Source of the DNA: a virus
IMG/VR virus record: IMGVR_UViG_3300006754_000011
Location: 10,206-74,205 of that record
DNA: 64,000 bases
Direction: 5' to 3' (one strand)
The position numbers were made by a program, and so were the translations under genes. Shown piece by piece: positions 20,361-30,645 of this stretch (position 1 is its first letter; each line of letters opens with the position of its first letter). The notes under the pieces are model-generated. The model was not told the DNA's origin, searched no databases, and saw only the letters and a program-made list of their open reading frames with translations.

Positions 20361-20624
20361 TACCGATTAGTATCGGTAGAATATTATCATGGCTAAAAAT
20401 AGATCACAAGACTACGACGTAGACCATCGTCGTGTAAATACAGAACAAGCTAGTGATAATGAATCAGGTAAAAAATTTTTAGCACAATATTTAGAATCAA
20501 AGCGAAGAAAAGATGCTTATCCAATTGGTAATGAACGAGAAAGAGATGATCGCTTTATTGTTCCAGCATTAAATCAAACAGATGGAGAAATCACTTTTAA
20601 GAATTTATTCAGAGCTACTCAAAC

Positions 20625-21254
20625 TTAATTAATTATTTTTCCAATATTAGAAAAGATCTCTCTAAATCTTTCTCCTGATTGAAAGTCTGTACGAGGTGGG
20701 GGTAAGTAAATAAAAAATCCCCATGTAAAGGGAGTTTTAAAACGATAATATTTTTTCCCTTGGATTAAATTAGCTCGTTTAGTAGGAATACATATAGGAT
20801 AATCCCACATATTTGGGCATGCTCGCATCATTTCATGGTTACAGGAAAATAATAAAGCTTCATAAACATTGCGTAGTTTCCATTCACGTTCTAAACGTTT
20901 AAACCATGCAATAGAAGGACTCATTGATCCTGTTCCACCGTGTAATCCCCAGCGCCATGTTCCTCTTTGTTTACTAAAAGAACAACGTCCGTAAGTAGGA
21001 GGGAAACAATATACTTTTCCTGTCCATGCAATATCTATATTTAAACCATCATCTTCTTTTGTATAGAAATTTTTAGCATGAATAAAATCTTTATTAGCAT
21101 GTTCAGTACTACAAGGATCTAAATCAATATGATATTCAAATAGAGCTGCTATATAAGGTAAATATTCAGCAGGTGTAATCCAATCTTCTTCTAATCTCCA
21201 AATTCTTTTTGCATTTTCAAATTTTCTACGCGATTCAGCATAGCTCTTTTTCAT
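20625..21254 (-). CDS. Phage Dam-type N6-adenine methyltransferase-like protein with altered catalytic motif
   Basis: WITP, DLDPCS, FYTKEDDGL..W.GKVYCFPPTYG. Confidence 0.7.
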   Translation of the reverse strand: MKKSYAESRRKFENAKRIWRLEEDWITPAEYLPYIAALFEYHIDLDPCSTEHANKDFIHAKNFYTKEDDGLNIDIAWTGKVYCFPPTYGRCSFSKQRGTWRWGLHGGTGSMSPSIAWFKRLEREWKLRNVYEALLFSCNHEMMRACPNMWDYPICIPTKRANLIQGKKYYRFKTPFTWGFFIYLPPPRTDFQSGERFREIFSNIGKIIN

Positions 21255-21649
21255 ATAGCACGAACTGAAACTTTCTCATCTTTGTCATAGTGGATTAAAG
21301 ATACATACTTAGGATCCTGAAGAATGAATAAAGCTTCTTTTTTAGGATCAATCGATTCAGCTTTTACAATTGCTCTACGCATTACATCAGCAAGTTCTTC
21401 CATATCTCTACTTACCATGTCACTTACAGCATTCATTAAATGGTCAACAGTTAAATAGAACATTGTATTATCTTCAGATTTAGGCGCATAGACCATTGCC
21501 CCAGGTCCTTCTGCTTTGAAAAATTTTTCATAAAATTCTGCCATATCTATTGTTACACGTTCAATAACAATATCAAGCATCTTCTGTTCTGCTTCAGAAG
21601 GATTAGCTTTTAACAGGTTGTTTAGAATCTTTTTCCTTCGGTCGCTCAT
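21251..21649 (-). CDS. Hypothetical protein
   Basis: ORF coupled to its neighbours. Confidence 0.5.
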   Translation of the reverse strand: MSDRRKKILNNLLKANPSEAEQKMLDIVIERVTIDMAEFYEKFFKAEGPGAMVYAPKSEDNTMFYLTVDHLMNAVSDMVSRDMEELADVMRRAIVKAESIDPKKEALFILQDPKYVSLIHYDKDEKVSVRAI

Positions 21650-22190
21650 GTCGAATAAAACGAGACAGATCAGAGTTTTTTAAAGTCTCATGTAGCTTAG
21701 GAAGCCCACGATATAAAACAACTGGTTTCCCAGCATTACCAATCTTTTTAACTAACTTACCATCCTGATCCCTGACTTTTATTAATTCTTCTTGTCTTAA
21801 TAAGTACTCCGCCACACAGCGATAACGCCGTTTTGAATTTAAATCGATGTCAGGAAAACGATCACAAATTGTAGCTGCTTTCATATCACTAAAAGCAATT
21901 CTGATTTGATCTGCTAGTGATAGACCTAAAACCATATCATTAGTAGATGTTTCATAAGTCTGAATTAATTCAAGATATCGTCTTAGATCAACAGTTTCAA
22001 AACTTCCTGAAGGTGGAATAAACATTTCTACTTGAATGATCAGAGAAGAAACTAGTTTTTTTCTATAATTTTTAATAGTTACACTATTGATATCAAGTTC
22101 TTTAAAACGATAACTTTTATATTTAGCTATGGGTTCTAGTTGTATATTCGTATCTTTACCCTCTGTCAACAACCAATCCACAAGTTTCAT
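21603..22190 (-). CDS. Hypothetical protein, possible C-terminal winged helix
   Basis: ORF; weak motif. Confidence 0.45.
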   Translation of the reverse strand: MKLVDWLLTEGKDTNIQLEPIAKYKSYRFKELDINSVTIKNYRKKLVSSLIIQVEMFIPPSGSFETVDLRRYLELIQTYETSTNDMVLGLSLADQIRIAFSDMKAATICDRFPDIDLNSKRRYRCVAEYLLRQEELIKVRDQDGKLVKKIGNAGKPVVLYRGLPKLHETLKNSDLSRFIRHERPKEKDSKQPVKS

Positions 22191-22960
22191 GTAGAAATAC
22201 TTTAATCTAATTATTTTAACGCTTTTTCAAAGCTTCGCACCATTGTTTTTCATGATCCATTCTTAAAACCCATTCAAGATAGTCACGTTTAGGTTCCATA
22301 TCTTTGAAATTTCCTGGCTTTGGTTTGCCTCCATAATTAGAGGCTTCCCATAATGCTTGTGCAAATTGTCTTTGACCTGGTGTAGAAAGTTCACCAAATA
22401 GAAGTTCTTCTGGCAGAGATTTTAGAAGTTTGCTAAACTCTTCACTGTCAGGTGCACACTTTTTATGATGCGTAGAACTATCACTTGGGCTGAGTTGCTT
22501 CTCGTTCTCATTATTGTTCCTAGTGGAATTTACGGACTTCATAAAGGCTATGAGTATTTAACTGATAAAATTACTATAGAGATTAACATTCATCAGAAAT
22601 AGATATGGGAAAGAAATCCCCCTCAGCACCTGTTACTTATATACAAAAAAAAGGCGCACCCATTGTTTATCAAACATATGTTCCTGATGAGCATTATGCA
22701 GAAGGTGATCGTGATACTGCAGAATTGCAATCTGAGATAAATCAAGCTAAATTAGATCTTGAAAATATTGAAGGCTTAGGTGCAGCAAGTAGAGCAAGAA
22801 TAAATAAAGAAACAGAGGATCGTTTTAAAGCAAACTATGCAGCGTCCCTTCCTGATACACGTGAAGTTCATTCTGGTTTAGTTGAGCAACCTGAATGGGA
22901 TGCGGAACCTGGTCCACGTCGTATTAGACTTGCAGGACAAAAAATTAAAAAGAAAACTTC

Positions 22961-23227
22961 TTAAGATACAGTAAGACCTATTTTTGCTTCTTCTTCTTCA
23001 TTAGGATATCTAATACCATTTTCTTCAAGCCATTCTTCATAAACAGCTGACATCACTTCATAATCTTCTGTCGGAATAACAACTACAGCTTTTTCTTCCC
23101 ATACATGGTTCGAATCAAAATTTGAAACCCAACTAATTTTTACTGTATAGTGTTCTTGCTGGTCAATAACATCATCAAGGATGCGATCTAAATCACGCTC
23201 CATCTGTTGAAGAGTTACAACCTTCAT
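22961..23227 (-). CDS. Phd/YefM antitoxin-like protein
   Basis: VVTLQQMERDLDRILDDV...AVVVIPTEDYE. Confidence 0.6.
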   Translation of the reverse strand: MKVVTLQQMERDLDRILDDVIDQQEHYTVKISWVSNFDSNHVWEEKAVVVIPTEDYEVMSAVYEEWLEENGIRYPNEEEEAKIGLTVS

Positions 23228-23266
23228 TTATTATTTGCAGATTATTTAAGATTAGCAGGATTAATA

Positions 23267-23968
23267 CTAATCACCTATTACCTTACCGAAGTTAATTGTC
23301 TCACCTACTTGACTAGTCACAGCACCCCAATCTTGAGCATCGTCAATAGAACTCATATCTAATTTTTCATCATTACCTGTAGCACTTGCATGCCAATCTG
23401 TATCATATCCTTTAATCGTGATTGAGAATTCAGTATCTAGGTATCTAAAATCATTAGTAATTACAAATATATAAACTCCAACATCTAACATTGTAGATGT
23501 GTAATCAGTAACTACAATACTTTCTTCTCCTACATCAATACTGGCTTCTGCTACTACATAACCTAAATCATTAATTGGTAGTTCTTTACGAGCCGTACCA
23601 TCTATTAATTTATAAAAAGCAATAAGAGTATTTCTATTTGTTTTTTTAGTTAAAGCAGTTTGACTATAATTTTGAACAACTTGTAAGGAGCGTTTCTTAT
23701 GTAATCTAAGTTTATAAAAAGTAGAAGTTTTTCTACTAAGTCCTCCATGAGTACCTGAAATACTTACTTCCCGAAATAAAGGAGAGAAATCGCCGAGATC
23801 AATAGGAGAATTAAGGTTATCTCCGTAACGCGGAGGTAATGGATCAGATCCAAAGTATGTTGTAGGTCCATATGCAACTGGGCCTGTACCACCTGTAGGA
23901 TATGCTTGTACTTTGCCTAAATTTACATAGCCAAGATTATTTGGAACTGTCGTTAGAAATCTTGCCAT
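23267..23968 (-). CDS. Hypothetical beta-rich protein
   Basis: ORF. Confidence 0.45.
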   Translation of the reverse strand: MARFLTTVPNNLGYVNLGKVQAYPTGGTGPVAYGPTTYFGSDPLPPRYGDNLNSPIDLGDFSPLFREVSISGTHGGLSRKTSTFYKLRLHKKRSLQVVQNYSQTALTKKTNRNTLIAFYKLIDGTARKELPINDLGYVVAEASIDVGEESIVVTDYTSTMLDVGVYIFVITNDFRYLDTEFSITIKGYDTDWHASATGNDEKLDMSSIDDAQDWGAVTSQVGETINFGKVIGD

Positions 23969-24258
23969 ATTCTTCTGCTATTCCTGTAAACAAACCGTGC
24001 ATTGGGTGATCTTCTGCATCTCTACCTAATTCTTTATATCTTTCTGCCACGATTCTAGCACGTTCTGGATAGCAACCTTCTCCTTCCATTGTTCTTATAT
24101 CAGCGTAGTTAATACTTTCTGCTAAATCTTCTAAAGCTTCTTCAGCTTCTTTACGTGTTTCATATCTTTCTGTATAAAGTGTGTCTCCATCTACACTTAT
24201 ATAACCTATATAATCAGGATTAGGAACATGCCAAGCAGTAGGAAAAACGCATTTTTCT

Positions 24259-24846
24259 TTAAAGACAACTTTTTGCGTGGTCATAAATAGTTTTCCCTTT
24301 AAGTTCTAGCTTAATGACCGAAATATTTTTCGGGTTTTTTAACTGTACTCCCATTATTCTTAGATGCAAGGGGTTACAACAAGTGAAATCACATCCTTCT
24401 TGATGAGTAATTCTTAACTTACCTGTATATCCACGCGATAGCCAGAAAGCTACACGTGCTGCTGAATGTGTTTTTGCTTTGTGAAAAGGACTGATCATAT
24501 AAGCTACTGTTTCATATTTACTTTGTCTAATTGAACCTTTCCAAGGCCAGCATTCTGTTGGTCCTTTAATTTCTATCTTGGACCAAAAAGATCTGAAATA
24601 ATAAAACATATCAATATCAAATTGTTCGATATCAATCAAACATTTTCCTTTTTTAATTTCTTCCATGCAATGTAAACACTCACAATCAGGTCCAAAATTT
24701 CCTGAATGTTTTTTACTTTTACCTTTATGCCATAAACATAATTGAGATTTCAAATCCTGTTCTTCTTTTAAGAGTTTTTGTTGTAGCATTTCATCTCCAA
24801 AAGATTCAATTAATTTTTTAGGAAGATCTGTATCAATTATCCGCAT
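24259..24846 (-). CDS. HNH/His-Cys homing-endonuclease-like protein
   Basis: FWSKIEIKGPTECWPWKG...AARVAF...HQEGCDFTCCNPLHL. Confidence 0.75.
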   Translation of the reverse strand: MRIIDTDLPKKLIESFGDEMLQQKLLKEEQDLKSQLCLWHKGKSKKHSGNFGPDCECLHCMEEIKKGKCLIDIEQFDIDMFYYFRSFWSKIEIKGPTECWPWKGSIRQSKYETVAYMISPFHKAKTHSAARVAFWLSRGYTGKLRITHQEGCDFTCCNPLHLRIMGVQLKNPKNISVIKLELKGKTIYDHAKSCL

Positions 24847-25372
24847 AATTACAGATCCTACGAACTGTGTTATAGCTTAAATTAAATTCTTTGGCAATAT
24901 CTCTATAGCAAATGTTCTTTTTATTTCTTTTATATTTCCAAACAATCTGACCAAAGATATATTTATCAATATTGATACCCTTTCTTTGCCATTTTTCAAT
25001 AGTGAAATCAATTTTATCTCCATAAAAAAGATGACGTGGATTTATACAATGGAAGTTTTTACAGCTTCCTTTTCTAATCAAGATTGTTTCTTCTTTTTCT
25101 TTAACTGGAAAGATATTATAAACAGCAAGAATTAAGGGATTAGCATTCTTTCCTTTGTAGCGTGTACAATATTGATTTGATAAAGTAAAACCTCTTTCTA
25201 ATTGACGCATACTAGCAATATCCCAGCATTGATCTGAACCGTAATACTGTTGTAATTTATTTAAAGAATTAGCAATTCTATAAATATCTTCTCCATTTAG
25301 ACCTACTTCACGAAAGATTTTCCTGACCTTTTCTACGTAGCATTCATAAACAGAAGAATCCATAGAGATCAA
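24833..25372 (-). CDS. Degenerate HNH-like protein with C-terminal HTH
   Basis: QCW...SCKNFHCINPRHLFYG...YRDIAKEFNLSYNTVRRI. Confidence 0.65.
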   Translation of the reverse strand: MISMDSSVYECYVEKVRKIFREVGLNGEDIYRIANSLNKLQQYYGSDQCWDIASMRQLERGFTLSNQYCTRYKGKNANPLILAVYNIFPVKEKEETILIRKGSCKNFHCINPRHLFYGDKIDFTIEKWQRKGINIDKYIFGQIVWKYKRNKKNICYRDIAKEFNLSYNTVRRICNYADN

Positions 25373-25662
25373 TCATAGTCCATTTAGTCTAACTGTTAGC
25401 TCCTTCACAACCCAAACTCGTGATAGAACGTAACCCTTCTATTAATTACCTATGAACTAACTTGTGGTTATGAATTACACAGACCCTCTCTGTATCCTTC
25501 AAAACCACAAGCCATTTCCTAGGGAATTTTTTTCTTTTCTCTTTTCAAACGAATGTGTTCTGCATGAAGACACAATCGATTGCAGTACAAGGGTTTGTAG
25601 TTTCCTGCACAACCCAACCTGAACGATGCTGCTGTTAAAATTGAAGAAAATAAAGATAAAAT

Positions 25663-26298
25663 ATGTCAGCACGATATGGACTTCGCTCTCTTTTAAGAGA
25701 TCTTCATCAACGTCGGGTGAGAAGTGATGTTCTTTCTCAAACAGCTGTAGAGACAGGTAAAAGAGGTTTCTTTCCTGAATTTGGTTTTGGAGAAGCAGCA
25801 AGAGGTCTTCTTGGTATGGATTTAGATCAAGCTGATCAACTTGATCCTACTTTTCAAACTAATTTACAAGAACGTATAAAGCGTGTTCTTCCAAGTAGTA
25901 ATCCTTATGTAGGAACATTAGGAACAGATGAAGCTGGAGATCCATACAATTTTCCTGATACTAAACAAGAACGAACTGGTCAATATGTAGATAAGACACC
26001 CCTAGAAGCTCCTTGGTCATCAGGAGGAGACCAAGCTGTTCCTGTAACAACATCAACACCAGTCACACCAGCAACAGAAACTCCTACTAGTACTTCAGAT
26101 AAAGTTGATAACTTCTTAAATAAAAACGACGCTAGAACGCAATGGCTACAGGATACTTCTAGGAGTCCAGCTGCTAGAGCTAAAACACATGGTAAACCTA
26201 CATGGTCAGATGAAGAAAGATGGCAGATACATTTAAAAAATCAACAATGGAGAAAAAATAAAGGACGTAATTTCACTCATGGTGAATTTCTTAGTTAG
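25663..26298 (+). CDS. Disordered hypothetical protein, first of a cluster of low-complexity + strand genes (to 27850)
   Basis: ORF; Pro/Thr/Gln/Gly-rich. Confidence 0.5.
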   Translation: MSARYGLRSLLRDLHQRRVRSDVLSQTAVETGKRGFFPEFGFGEAARGLLGMDLDQADQLDPTFQTNLQERIKRVLPSSNPYVGTLGTDEAGDPYNFPDTKQERTGQYVDKTPLEAPWSSGGDQAVPVTTSTPVTPATETPTSTSDKVDNFLNKNDARTQWLQDTSRSPAARAKTHGKPTWSDEERWQIHLKNQQWRKNKGRNFTHGEFLS

Positions 26299-26781
26299 AT
26301 AGTTATAGCTTTATAATTAGTAAGGGTAAGTAAAATAAAATGAATCCAAATTATTCAAATGTAACTCCACTCAATGCTGATGGTTCTATTGATCATCGAG
26401 TAGGAGATGTAGGAGCAAAAGCAGCTGCATTAGCTGCGTTAGGAATTTCTCCTTTACATGGTACTCAAGTCCCTACACAAGCTAATTACTTTACTCAACA
26501 ACCTACTCAACAACAAGGAGAGGTACGTTATTAATGCCTGGATTTGATGATAGTGCTTTGATGAATGAACCTACCAGTAGACAACGTAGTTTACCTGGGG
26601 GTTATTCCAATCAAGGTGAAATGGTAAGTGCTCCTTATCAAGGAAAATCTAAAAAAAGACAGGTGTATAACACCAATCCTGAAAACACAATTTCTCAGAT
26701 GGCCGATAAAGATCTTGATCAAAACATTGGTATTCGAGATCGTGTCGACAACTTTATCCAAGATATGGAGGAAAATTAATC

Positions 26782-27210
26782 ATGGGCAAACGTAAAGGAA
26801 AATCTTTGAAATTTGGAGGTTTAATAGGAGGAGCAGTAGGAGCAGCAGCTAAACAAGGACGAAGAATGGCAGGAATGTTCAGTCCAATGGGCGTACTTAC
26901 AGGTGGAATACTTGGAGGTATGTATGGAAAAGGCAGATCTCGTGCTAAACCTGGCATGGGAATGGGAGAAGATAAACCAATCGTAAATGTTGATAGAGGA
27001 CCTTGGGGAGGACGACGAGGAGGAAGACGAGGAGGCGGTGGAGGACAGCGAGGCCAATGGGTTAATAACGAAACTGGAGATGCTTGGCTAAGTAAAGGTA
27101 GAGGAGATCTTGCACCAGGCCGTCGTTCAGGCCAGGGAGATAAACCCGAAGATTGGTCAGATGATCCAAGATTAGATCAATATAGTTTTAAACCTAAATA
27201 TAGAAGGTAG
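26782..27210 (+). CDS. Gly/Arg (RGG)-rich protein
   Basis: GGRRGGRRGGGGG tract. Confidence 0.55.
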   Translation: MGKRKGKSLKFGGLIGGAVGAAAKQGRRMAGMFSPMGVLTGGILGGMYGKGRSRAKPGMGMGEDKPIVNVDRGPWGGRRGGRRGGGGGQRGQWVNNETGDAWLSKGRGDLAPGRRSGQGDKPEDWSDDPRLDQYSFKPKYRR

Positions 27211-27873
27211 AAGAAGTTCCTATAACTCGTAATGAATTCTTATGCACAATGGTTTCAAATACCTAGAGGTAATAGGGGAACTCAATCTCGTTTTAATCCA
27301 GGAGTTCCTCGATTAGCAAACCATCCTGTTGCACCTTATCAAGGACCTTGGGGTAGATCTGTAGAACCTACCGAACCTAGACATCCTCATGAGCCTACTG
27401 AACCTATACACCCACATGAACCAGTTAATGATAAAACAACTAAAGGATCTATTAGAAGTAAAATTGGTACGTTTTTAAGTAAAGGTGGTCATGTATAAAA
27501 GAAATACAGGGAGGTTAAAATAACTAGTAATGGATAATGATTTTCCGACTGTAATGGCTAATGAACCTGTTGGTTTTCTCCAACAATACTTACGTGGAAA
27601 AAATATGTATAGTCAGAGTGGCACTGCTATACCTGATTTTTCTACTGAAACTGGATATGAACAAGATAGAGGAGGTCCCTTAATTTCTCAAACTAGTTTT
27701 GATATTAATAAAAGAGGAGGGTCTTTAGGAGGACGTTCAGGAGAACAACTATTAAGAATTCATGATTCAAGTATTGATAATCAACAGCTTCAGAAAGAAT
27801 TAAAATTACGTCAACTTTTACCAACTGGACTTCAATTACCCACTGTATAATTAAATATAGGAGTTTTTTATAG

Positions 27874-29046
27874 ATGTCACAAACAAAAGCACAATTACTT
27901 AGCGGAACTTCTGCTCAAGATTTAACAGTTGATAATATTAGTGCAGCAACTTTTAACCAAGGTGGATTAGCAACTAAAAATTTATTTATTAATGGAGCTT
28001 GTGTCGTAGCACAAAGAAGCACTGCGGCTTCAGGTAGTAATGGTTTTAATACTCTTGATAGACTTTATTTTGAGACTGGTGGTAATGATGAAGCTGCAAC
28101 ACTTCAACAAGTAGATGTAGCTAGTGGTACAACACCTTATACATTAGGATTTAGGAAGTGTGCAAAGATACTTAATGGTAATCAAACAGGTGGAGCAGGT
28201 GCATCAGATACGGTTGAATTTAATTATAGTTTTGAGGCACAAGATTTAGCTACTTCTGGATGGAATTATAAATCTGCTTCAAGTTATGTAACATTTTCTT
28301 TTTGGGTTAAATCTAGTGTTGCTCAAAATTTCTATGGATATTTTAGAGCCAGAGATGGTTCTGCACAAATGTATTCATTTGATACTGGATCTTTAAGTGC
28401 AGATACTTGGACAAAAGTAACAAAAACTATACCTGGAGATTCAAACCTTACATTTGATAATGATAATGGGAACGGTTTAACAATTACATTTGATGGTTAC
28501 CGAGGAACAAGTGCTGGTGGAAACGGTGCAACTTTGCATACATGGTTTGCAGAAGATAACGCAACTAGAACACCAGCTCAAACAACTACTTGGTATACCA
28601 CTAATGATTCAACATTAGAATTTACAGGTATGCAATTAGAAGTAGGAGATACTGCAAGTTCATTTAATCATAGATCGTATGGTGATGAATTAGCTAGGTG
28701 TCAGAGGTATTTTTGGCAAGCTACAAAACAAGGATCTACAGGTGAAGTTACAAATAAACCAGTATGTATGGCAACTTATACTTCATCAAGTGAGATAAGA
28801 GGAGTAATCGACTTTCCTGTAGAAATGAGATCAGAACCTACTCTTAGTTCCAATGATAATAGTAATAGTTGGTATATAAATGCTGGTTCTGGTGGTGATA
28901 CGTTTAATGACTTTGCCTTATACAGTGCTACTTCAAAACGTGCAATTGTTAAGAATAGTGCTGATGTTAGTGGTACAGCAGGTGCCTGTGGGATGATTGC
29001 CCAAGAAACAGGGGATTCATCACTTTCTTTTAGTGCGGAGCTTTAA
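27874..29046 (+). CDS. Tail fibre/receptor-binding protein, paralog of 9802..10911
   Basis: KNLFINGA, FSFWVKSSVAQ, HRSYGDELARCQRYF, FSAEL. Confidence 0.75.
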   Translation: MSQTKAQLLSGTSAQDLTVDNISAATFNQGGLATKNLFINGACVVAQRSTAASGSNGFNTLDRLYFETGGNDEAATLQQVDVASGTTPYTLGFRKCAKILNGNQTGGAGASDTVEFNYSFEAQDLATSGWNYKSASSYVTFSFWVKSSVAQNFYGYFRARDGSAQMYSFDTGSLSADTWTKVTKTIPGDSNLTFDNDNGNGLTITFDGYRGTSAGGNGATLHTWFAEDNATRTPAQTTTWYTTNDSTLEFTGMQLEVGDTASSFNHRSYGDELARCQRYFWQATKQGSTGEVTNKPVCMATYTSSSEIRGVIDFPVEMRSEPTLSSNDNSNSWYINAGSGGDTFNDFALYSATSKRAIVKNSADVSGTAGACGMIAQETGDSSLSFSAEL

Positions 29047-29048
29047 CT

Positions 29049-29222
29049 ATGGCTGATTACAAACTTATTTCTGATAGAGGTTCAACTAGTGGAATTATCA
29101 AAAAAACTAAGGATATACCTGCTAATACATCAGTTAATATCCCTATAGCTTTAGATAACACAGACTACCAAGAGTACCTTAAGTGGGTAGCAGCAGGTAA
29201 CACACCTGATCCTGCTGATTAG
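29049..29222 (+). CDS. Small fibre-associated protein (57 aa), homologous to the N-half of 10914..11291; absent from the ORF track
   Basis: MADYKL...IPIALDNTDYQEYLKWVAAGNTPDPAD. Confidence 0.75.
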   Translation: MADYKLISDRGSTSGIIKKTKDIPANTSVNIPIALDNTDYQEYLKWVAAGNTPDPAD

Positions 29223-29256
29223 TCCGTTTAAAATGAATTTATTACTGAGAATTTAA

Positions 29257-30645
29257 ATGCCATACATAGGACGAGATCTTGTAAGAGGACAAAATCGAGA
29301 AATCGATGATATTTCCAGTAGTTTTAATGGAAGTACAACTGCTTTTACATTACAAACAGCTAGCGTAAATACATCAGCAGGAAGTGCTAATCAGCTTTTT
29401 GTATGCTTGGGTGGTGTTATGCAAAACCCAAATACTGATTATACAGTTGATGCAAGTACAATTACATTTACAACTGCTCCTGCAAGTGGATTAACTTTTT
29501 GGGCATTAATACAAGGTGATGCAGTTGATATAAATACTGCAGCTGACGGCAGTATTACTACTATTAAATTAGGTGCAGACGCTGTAACAGGTGCTAAGAT
29601 TGCAAATGATGCAGTTGGTTCTGAACATATAGAAGTATTAGACGGTAATCTACAATTTGGAGATAGTGTTAAAGCTTTATTTGGTACAGGAAATGATCTA
29701 GAAATTTACCATTCAGGATCTAATTCATTTATAGATGAAGTTGGTACTGGAAATTTACTTATACGAGCTGCTGAAGAAGTACAGATTAAAGATTCAGATA
29801 GTAGTGAAGCTATGGGAATCTTTAAAAAGAATGGACCCGTAGAACTATATGAAGATGGAAATAAGAAGTTTGAAACCAGAAGTAATGGATTTATGTCCCA
29901 AGGAGCTGATGCAGTTTATATATGTGCAGGATCAACTAATGCTGGAGGTGCTGGGATACTACTAGATGGAGATTCTAATGGTGATTTCTCTGGTGCTGAT
30001 TACGCTCATATCGTACATAATACAACTGGAGATATAGAAATTGCTGCAAGAAGACCTTCAGGTGGAAATGCAGCAGTTATTATCAAGGCTTATGATGGCA
30101 CAGCTGATTCCTTAGGTACTGCTTGTGTAGCTGCTCATGATGCTATTTGGTCTTATCATGCATTTTATCCTTGGACTGACGGTAACCGTGACCTTGGTTA
30201 TAGTGGTAGAAGATGGGAGGATATATACGCTACTAACTCTACTATCCAAACATCTGATAGAAATACGAAAGATAACATCACTAATACTGATTTAGGATTA
30301 CCATTTATCAATAAACTAACACCTAAATCCTATAAATTTAAAGGTAAAACAAGAACTCATTACGGTTTAATTGCTCAAGATGTTGAGACTGTTTTATCAG
30401 ATATAAGTAAGCCGACTTCTGGTTTTGCTGGCTTTATTAAAGCAGATGTACCAGTTGACTATTATACAGAGTATGATGACTCTATACCAGAAGGTAAGAG
30501 TATTGGTGACGTTAAAAACGCTGCACATACAACCTATGGTTTAAGATATAGTGAATTCATAGCACCGCTTATTAAAGCAGTACAAGAACTTTCAACAGAA
30601 GTCGAAACCCTTAAAACAAAAGTAGCAGCACTGGAGGCAGCTTAA
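29257..30645 (+). CDS. Tail fibre with C-terminal peptidase S74 intramolecular chaperone
   Basis: SDRNTKDNI...HYGLIAQDVE...GLRYSEFIAPLIKAVQEL; N-terminus similar to 11347..12753. Confidence 0.85.
   Translation: MPYIGRDLVRGQNREIDDISSSFNGSTTAFTLQTASVNTSAGSANQLFVCLGGVMQNPNTDYTVDASTITFTTAPASGLTFWALIQGDAVDINTAADGSITTIKLGADAVTGAKIANDAVGSEHIEVLDGNLQFGDSVKALFGTGNDLEIYHSGSNSFIDEVGTGNLLIRAAEEVQIKDSDSSEAMGIFKKNGPVELYEDGNKKFETRSNGFMSQGADAVYICAGSTNAGGAGILLDGDSNGDFSGADYAHIVHNTTGDIEIAARRPSGGNAAVIIKAYDGTADSLGTACVAAHDAIWSYHAFYPWTDGNRDLGYSGRRWEDIYATNSTIQTSDRNTKDNITNTDLGLPFINKLTPKSYKFKGKTRTHYGLIAQDVETVLSDISKPTSGFAGFIKADVPVDYYTEYDDSIPEGKSIGDVKNAAHTTYGLRYSEFIAPLIKAVQELSTEVETLKTKVAALEAA

Noticed and set aside
9802-30645. 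Diversity-generating retroelement acting on the tail fibres
   Set aside because: No reverse transcriptase is in the window, and the paralog differences are not adenine-specific.
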